Source: Hyperthermus butylicus DSM 5456
Lineage (GTDB): Archaea > Thermoproteota > Thermoprotei_A > Sulfolobales > Pyrodictiaceae
Assembly (NCBI RefSeq): GCF_000015145.1
Contig: NC_008818.1
Location: 1,620,001 to 1,652,000, forward strand
Length of the DNA stretch: 32,000 bases
Direction: 5' to 3'
A program made the translations under genes and the position numbers. Of this stretch, positions 27,132 to 32,000 are shown one piece after another. Each line of letters opens with the position of its first letter. Position 1 is the stretch's first letter. Below the pieces are notes generated by a model, which was given only the letters and a program-made list of their open reading frames with translations, was not told the origin of the DNA and made no database searches.

Positions 27132-28203
27132 CTAGGGCCTTGCAACTATTATGAAGGGGTATAGGTTTCCGTGAGCAACCCTCCTCTTATGCGTTACCCT
27201 CCAGCCGTACTCGCCCAGTAGCTTCTCGACAAAGCCATGCTCGGTGGTTATCAGTGTCATGGACTTCTGCACAACCTCCACAGCCTCCCCTATAAACCTG
27301 GCATAGAGCCCCCTAACCTCCCTCGGGCTGCCGAGCTCTTATCCCGTAGGGCGGGTTAGAGACAAGCACATCAACAGACGATACATACCTCCGCAGCTTG
27401 GTCGCATCGCCGACGATAAACTCTATCCTCTTCTCAACCATTGCTGCCCTAGCATTTAGTACTGCGCCCTCGATATGTCTTCTACTCTTATCCATACATA
27501 TGATTCTTGAGTCTTCGAAGATGTATGCCGCCTCTATAGCTATGGTTCCCCCACCACACATGGGGTCCATCACGGTATCGCCATCAGCTGCACCGGAGAG
27601 GAGAAGCATTGCATAGGCTAGTGTTGGCTTCAACGCTGCCGGGTGGTCGTATATCCTGTAGCCTCTGCGGTGCCAGGATAGTTCGCCGCCAATATCTATA
27701 CCAACCATGATATTGTCCTCTATAACCTCGACAGCAACCACCACTGCTGGATAGTCCAGGTCAACTGGCGGTCTCACACCATACCTGCTTTTCACAGCGT
27801 CTATCACGGCATCGCCTGCAACCCTTGCTATGTCTAGTGATGTGTACTCGTGCGTGCCTGCTCTTTCAGCCCTTACTGCAAAGCTTGTCCACGGCGTAAC
27901 GTAGAAGTCAACCCCACTACCTTTAACTATCTCGTAGACCTTCTCTAGACAGCTCCGTGCCGGGCAAACATTGGATTCTGCGAGCACTATCACAGCGCGG
28001 TGTATGGATCTCATCTCCTCGACGAATTCTAGCATATCCTCATCTACTTCCACGTATAGCCTGCCAAAGCCGTCTCTAGCCTCTAGGAGCCTAGCTGAGA
28101 TCTTGGCTTCTGCTTCGTGTGCAGCGATATCCTCTATACCCGGATTGGTTGTGAGTAGTAGCTTAACCAATGCTGCAGCTCCCTCATGCCTAGCACGCTT
28201 CAA
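27132..28203 (-). CDS. THUMP-domain tRNA/RNA guanine-N2 methyltransferase (Trm14/TrmN/Trm11-like), frame-disrupted after NPPYGI (single-frame ORF 27313..28203)
   Basis: KLLLTTNPGIEDIAAHEAEAKISARLLEARDGFGRLYVEV, VMDPMCGGGTIAIEAAYI, VSNPPYGI. The +1 frame continues ELGSPREVRGLYARFIGEAVEVVQKSMTLITTEHGFVEKLLGEYGWRVTHKRRVAHGNLYPFIIVARP* to 27132..27134. Confidence 0.88.
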
Positions 28204-28909
28204 GCCGCTTTCTCAGCTTCTTAGCAAAATAGTATAGCATTGATGCCTCTCCACCCGTAATACTGCAGCGCCACAGTATGTGCTTAAGTGCCGCCTTGAC
28301 CTGGCTAACTCTCTCCCTGTCGACGAGCTTCTCGGCGAGCCATGATAGGTGCTCGTATATTCGTTCCAGTGTCTCGCCGCGGGCTGGCTCGTGAAGTTGT
28401 TTTTCTCCGCGCCGCGTGTTGTAGAGTTCGTAGAGGAGTATTGCTACTGCGTGGCTTAGGTTTAGGACGGGATAGTTTGGGTTAGCTGGTATGTGGACTA
28501 GAAGGTGGCATTTTGCCAGTTCATCCCTTGTTAGTCCTACACTTTCCCTCCCAAACACGACTGCAACACTCTCATAGCGTGGCGCTATCTCCTCGGCGAA
28601 CTCGCGGGGGGTGACAGCGTGGCGAAGCACATCCGACGCCTGGCCTATCTTTGCACTCGTACATACCGCTAGATCCACACCCTTCAACGCCTCTTCAAGA
28701 CTATCAACCACTATTACACGATCCAGCATGTAGACTCCATTGGCGGCAAATCGCCTAGCCTCACTGCTTTCAGGGCTCGCAACCGGCGATACAAGGTAGA
28801 ACTCGTCTATTGCAAAGTTGGCAGCAAGCCTAGCTATAAAGCCTAGGTTAATCTCGCCCTCAACACCGACAACTACCAGCCTCACCCTTGGCGGGCCAAG
28901 ACTCTGCAA
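28190..28909 (-). CDS. SpoU-superfamily RNA 2'-O-methyltransferase, TrmJ-like
   Basis: PPRVRLVVVGVEGEINLGFIARLAANFAIDEFYLVSP, VVFGRESVGLTRDELAKC, IPANPNYPVLNLSHAVAILLYEL. Confidence 0.9.
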   Translation of the reverse strand: MQSLGPPRVRLVVVGVEGEINLGFIARLAANFAIDEFYLVSPVASPESSEARRFAANGVYMLDRVIVVDSLEEALKGVDLAVCTSAKIGQASDVLRHAVTPREFAEEIAPRYESVAVVFGRESVGLTRDELAKCHLLVHIPANPNYPVLNLSHAVAILLYELYNTRRGEKQLHEPARGETLERIYEHLSWLAEKLVDRERVSQVKAALKHILWRCSITGGEASMLYYFAKKLRKRLEAC

Positions 28910-29529
28910 GCCCTAACACCCACTATGTCCTCGAAGAAGAAGTGTATTTTGTATCTCTCAACACCAAACCCCCTATCCCTAAGCTTTCCAACCAACTCCC
29001 TATCATCACCGCTAAGCGACGAGTATACCAGTATGATGCAGCTCGCCCATTCCCCAGCAATATCCACAATCCTCTGCGCTTCACGTAGACCCCCACTCCA
29101 TGCAAGACCCAATAGTTCATCGTACTCTTCTACGGGTAGGTACGGCGTATTATAGACGGCTAGTGTTCTCGTCCCTAGCCGCCGGATACACGTAGCATTA
29201 TCACACTGGACTATGTCAACATACGCGCTGAGGCCTAGTCTCTCAGTATTAGTCTTTGCACAATATGTCGCACAAGGATTAACGTCTATGAGCACCGTAT
29301 AGGTTTTAGTTTTCGCTGCAGTATATACTCCAAGTACGCCTGTACCACAGCCAACATCCAGAACAATACTATACCCGTTGCTTACAAGCGTCTTCTCTAG
29401 AATGTCTAGGGCTAGCCAGGTATCCTCAGCAGGCTCATACACATTCTCGCAGCATGAGAGAACAAGGTCCCCGAGCGGTGGGCAGTTACTTGTGACTCGG
29501 AGCTGGCAGCTATAGCCGGGCCTTATCAC
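28882..29529 (-). CDS. HemK/Mtq2-like N5-glutamine methyltransferase
   Basis: VYEPAEDTWLALDIL, VLDVGCGTGVLGVYTA, YNTPYLP catalytic motif. Confidence 0.87.
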   Translation of the reverse strand: MIRPGYSCQLRVTSNCPPLGDLVLSCCENVYEPAEDTWLALDILEKTLVSNGYSIVLDVGCGTGVLGVYTAAKTKTYTVLIDVNPCATYCAKTNTERLGLSAYVDIVQCDNATCIRRLGTRTLAVYNTPYLPVEEYDELLGLAWSGGLREAQRIVDIAGEWASCIILVYSSLSGDDRELVGKLRDRGFGVERYKIHFFFEDIVGVRACRVLARQG

Positions 29530-29534
29530 GGCTC

Positions 29535-30290
29535 CTACCCATTCTGGGAGTCCAGCAGCTGGATAAACTTCTCCGGCTCCAGCTGATAGACTCTTATATC
29601 TCTGCCAACAAGACCCTCAATTTTACTTAGCTCGATTCCAATGCATTTAGCTGCGACCTTTGCAGCTCTCTTATTCCTCTCTGAGAACATGCACTTGGTA
29701 AGCTCCTCAACCCTCCTCAACATATCTGGGCTGGGGGCGTCAGGCCTGGGTACTAGCTCAACTATTCTCGAGTACACCTTTGGCCTAGGCCTGAAAGCTG
29801 ATGGAGGTACCACTGGGCCTGGCTTAACATCGTAGACGAGCCTCACGAGAACCGTTATCCTGCCATAGCTTGCTGTGCCCGGCTTTGCAGCCAGCCGATC
29901 AACAACCTCTCGCTGGAGAAGCAGCAGTGCCGGTTTCCTAGCCTCGACAACTAGTAGCGAGAGCAGCGGCCCCGTGATGTTGTAGGGTATACTTCCATAA
30001 ACTGCATCCACACCTCCCAGTCTTAGCGGAGGCTCCACAGCATCAGCTATGACGGGCATGAACCCTGTAAAGTAAAAGCTTATTGAGGCAAGCTCGCCTA
30101 CGAGCCGCAAATCAAGCTCTAGGCCGGCTATCTCGACGCTACAGCTACGCAGGATCGTCGAGGTAAGAAATCCCTGGCCAACACCTACCTCAAGTAGCCT
30201 CCGAAACCTACAAGCCCAGCCAGCAAAGATTCTCGCAACCCACCTTGCAACGAGGAAGTGTTGCCCAAGTTCGCGCCTAGCTCTTAACAC
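29535..30290 (-). CDS. ksgA: 16S rRNA dimethyladenosine transferase (KsgA/Dim1)
   Basis: RRELGQHFLVARWVARIFAG, LLEVGVGQGFLTSTIL, VYGSIPYNITGPLLSLLV. Confidence 0.94.
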   Translation of the reverse strand: MLRARRELGQHFLVARWVARIFAGWACRFRRLLEVGVGQGFLTSTILRSCSVEIAGLELDLRLVGELASISFYFTGFMPVIADAVEPPLRLGGVDAVYGSIPYNITGPLLSLLVVEARKPALLLLQREVVDRLAAKPGTASYGRITVLVRLVYDVKPGPVVPPSAFRPRPKVYSRIVELVPRPDAPSPDMLRRVEELTKCMFSERNKRAAKVAAKCIGIELSKIEGLVGRDIRVYQLEPEKFIQLLDSQNG

Positions 30291-30299
30291 TTCTCAGCC

Positions 30300-31040
30300 C
30301 TAGCCCCCGCCACTACTCTCGCTTCCGAAGAGCCGCTTATAGATTAGTGCGAGGTAGTTTAGGAAGATGGGTCTAGACTCAATGCTTTGCAGTTCTCTAC
30401 GGGGAGGCTCTATGAAGAGGTAGTAGCGCTGCCCACCCCTTAACTCCTCAACTATTCTCTCAACAAGGATCTTGACTGGGTCTATACCAACCCTGCTAGC
30501 TATATCCTCAAAGTCCTTGAAAGGCTCTTTCTCGCGCTGCTCAAGGATTCGGAGTACAGTCTTCTTGCCGACGCTGGGTAGTAGCTCCAGACTGTGAAAC
30601 CTAAGCGTTATCGGACCAGCAATGTTGAAGAATTCTACAAATATCTGCTCTCGGTTCCGTACAATCTGCTCTACAATACTCGGCAACATACTTTTAGCAA
30701 GGCTTGTGAGGTCGTCATATTCTATCCTGTGTAGATCCATGTGCCTACGCTTCCTGACTCTATCATAATGCTCGGCGACTACATCCTTAAGGCTTACCCT
30801 CTCACCAACCTCGAGGCTGAACTCAGGCTTCACCGAGGCATCAAAGAGCACGAAGAAGTTCTCACCGATAAGCTGAGCTACGGGTCTATTCTTATGCCAC
30901 GGATGCCTATCCACCGGGTTGCCTACAGGCATAAAGTCAAGTACATATGCATAGTCTTCGCGTGGCCTAAACTCGCGGTGTCTCGCATCCCTCCTGCCAG
31001 CCCTACCGTAAGGTGCCATTCTCCTAGACCCTCTCCACAA
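30300..31040 (-). CDS. DUF655 family archaeal protein
   Basis: DYAYVLDFMPVGNPVDRHPWHKNRPVAQLIGENFFVLFDASVKPEFSLEVGERVSLKD; located between rpo4 and ksgA. Confidence 0.9.
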   Translation of the reverse strand: MWRGSRRMAPYGRAGRRDARHREFRPREDYAYVLDFMPVGNPVDRHPWHKNRPVAQLIGENFFVLFDASVKPEFSLEVGERVSLKDVVAEHYDRVRKRRHMDLHRIEYDDLTSLAKSMLPSIVEQIVRNREQIFVEFFNIAGPITLRFHSLELLPSVGKKTVLRILEQREKEPFKDFEDIASRVGIDPVKILVERIVEELRGGQRYYLFIEPPRRELQSIESRPIFLNYLALIYKRLFGSESSGGG

Positions 31041-31126
31041 TACTAGATGCCAGCTAGTAGCCGGTACACCCAGAAACTAAGAGAGCAAGACGTGAAGGAT
31101 TTAAAGAGAATGCCTTAGCTGGACGC

Positions 31127-31474
31127 TTAGCTCTCAACCGGGCAGTATTCCTTCAAAACCTCTAGGGCCTTAGCTATTTTCTCCTCCTCATACCCACCAT
31201 CAATGTCGCCAAGAATGGCCTTCGCCTCCTCAACATCGACAGGCACGATGTTTACAAGGATTGCAGCCGCAAATTCTGTAAAGCCTATCTCAACTATGCG
31301 GCGAAAGGCTTCCTCTGCATTATCGGGGTCGCACTTCGAGAACTTTGCCAGGTAATCGTAGGCACGTGCAACAACAGGATTCTCCTCCACGAGCCGCCGG
31401 TGCTGCTCTAGTATCTTTTTAGCAACGGGGAGAGGCACATATCTCGACTCAACTATTTCGACCAAGACTAGCAC
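31127..31474 (-). CDS. rpo4: DNA-directed RNA polymerase subunit Rpo4 (RpoF)
   Basis: PLPVAKKILEQHRRLVEENPVVARAYDYLAKFSKCDPDNAEEAFRRIVEIGFTEFAAAILVNIVPVDVEEAKAIL; located between L21e and DUF655. Confidence 0.9.
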   Translation of the reverse strand: MLVLVEIVESRYVPLPVAKKILEQHRRLVEENPVVARAYDYLAKFSKCDPDNAEEAFRRIVEIGFTEFAAAILVNIVPVDVEEAKAILGDIDGGYEEEKIAKALEVLKEYCPVES

Positions 31475-31569
31475 CCTACAGCTTCACGTCTTAACAACTC
31501 TAACCGTATTGCATGGGAGGGATAAAATGCAGATACAGCTGATATCGCGTAGCTGCACGCTCCTAGGGG

Positions 31570-31893
31570 TTACTCACGCTTTGGAGGTGTTAAAGCCTCC
31601 GGCGGTACTGGGCGCAGATGCTCGGGTCTCACGAAGAGTATCTTAGTCTTACCGCCCACCCTAACCTCGACAATGTATGCCTTTCCACGCTTACCGATTA
31701 CTGTTCCAACCTTGCCATGATATCTTTTGTGCGGCATACCCTTCATAACTGATGGATTTATGATTATGTAGACTTTGTCGCCCGGCTTGTACTCGTACAT
31801 TAGTAGGCTTAGTGGTGGTACTGCACCACGCTCACGTATGTGCTTCTTTAGCACCTTCCTAGTACGGTGCCTAAAGCCTTTGGACGGCTTCAC
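31570..31893 (-). CDS. rpl21e: Ribosomal protein L21e
   Basis: MKPSKGFRHRTRKVLKKHIRERGAVPPLSLLMYEYKPGDKVYIIINPSVMKGMPHKRYHGKVGTVIGKRGKAYIVEV. Confidence 0.97.
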   Translation of the reverse strand: MKPSKGFRHRTRKVLKKHIRERGAVPPLSLLMYEYKPGDKVYIIINPSVMKGMPHKRYHGKVGTVIGKRGKAYIVEVRVGGKTKILFVRPEHLRPVPPEALTPPKRE

Positions 31894-32000
31894 TGTTCTC
31901 CCCCGACGCCCCGCATCTATAACTAGCTAAAATAGGCTTAGCTTCCATGACGGAGTGACTCCTAGCTAAAGACTCCGAGGACGTCCAGCTCGGCACAGTA

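Noticed and set aside
1-32000. CRISPR arrays, transposases, integrases, restriction-modification or other defence islands
   Set aside because: No regularly spaced direct repeats and no ORF resembling Cas, transposase, integrase or restriction enzymes were seen by eye. Methyltransferases present match RNA/protein modification families, not DNA modification systems.

Overview
This 32 kb window looks like ordinary chromosomal core DNA from a hyperthermophilic crenarchaeote. By gene content and protein character it is probably a member of the Desulfurococcales/Pyrodictiaceae, but this is inference. From left to right it holds: (1) a small DUF6516/TumE-like toxin-antitoxin-type pair whose toxin ORF is frame-disrupted; (2) a hyuA-hyuB pair; (3) iorA-iorB; (4) an SDR oxidoreductase; (5) a FAU-1/DUF402 RNA-binding protein; (6) tRNA-Leu(CAG); (7) a ribbon-helix-helix protein and a UPF0147 protein; (8) a cluster matching the archaeal mevalonate pathway branch (two aconitase-X-type phosphomevalonate dehydratase subunits plus a UbiD-family decarboxylase), next to a Clp1/Grc3-type polynucleotide kinase; (9) a RadB-like ATPase and carS; (10) a long minus-strand run of information-processing genes (nop10, aIF2-alpha, S27e, L44e, priS, pcn, tfs, rpo11, DUF2067, csl4, METTL5-like, dph2, L10e, THUMP methyltransferase, TrmJ-like, HemK-like, ksgA, DUF655, rpo4, L21e). 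I saw no CRISPR array, transposon, prophage or obvious new defence island. The most checkable observations are three genes whose conserved C-terminus continues in a different reading frame from the supplied ORF (TumE-like at about 796, aconitase-X large subunit at about 12721-12750, THUMP methyltransferase at about 27336-27342). There are also several unannotated small proteins embedded in the information-processing run or overlapping clp1.
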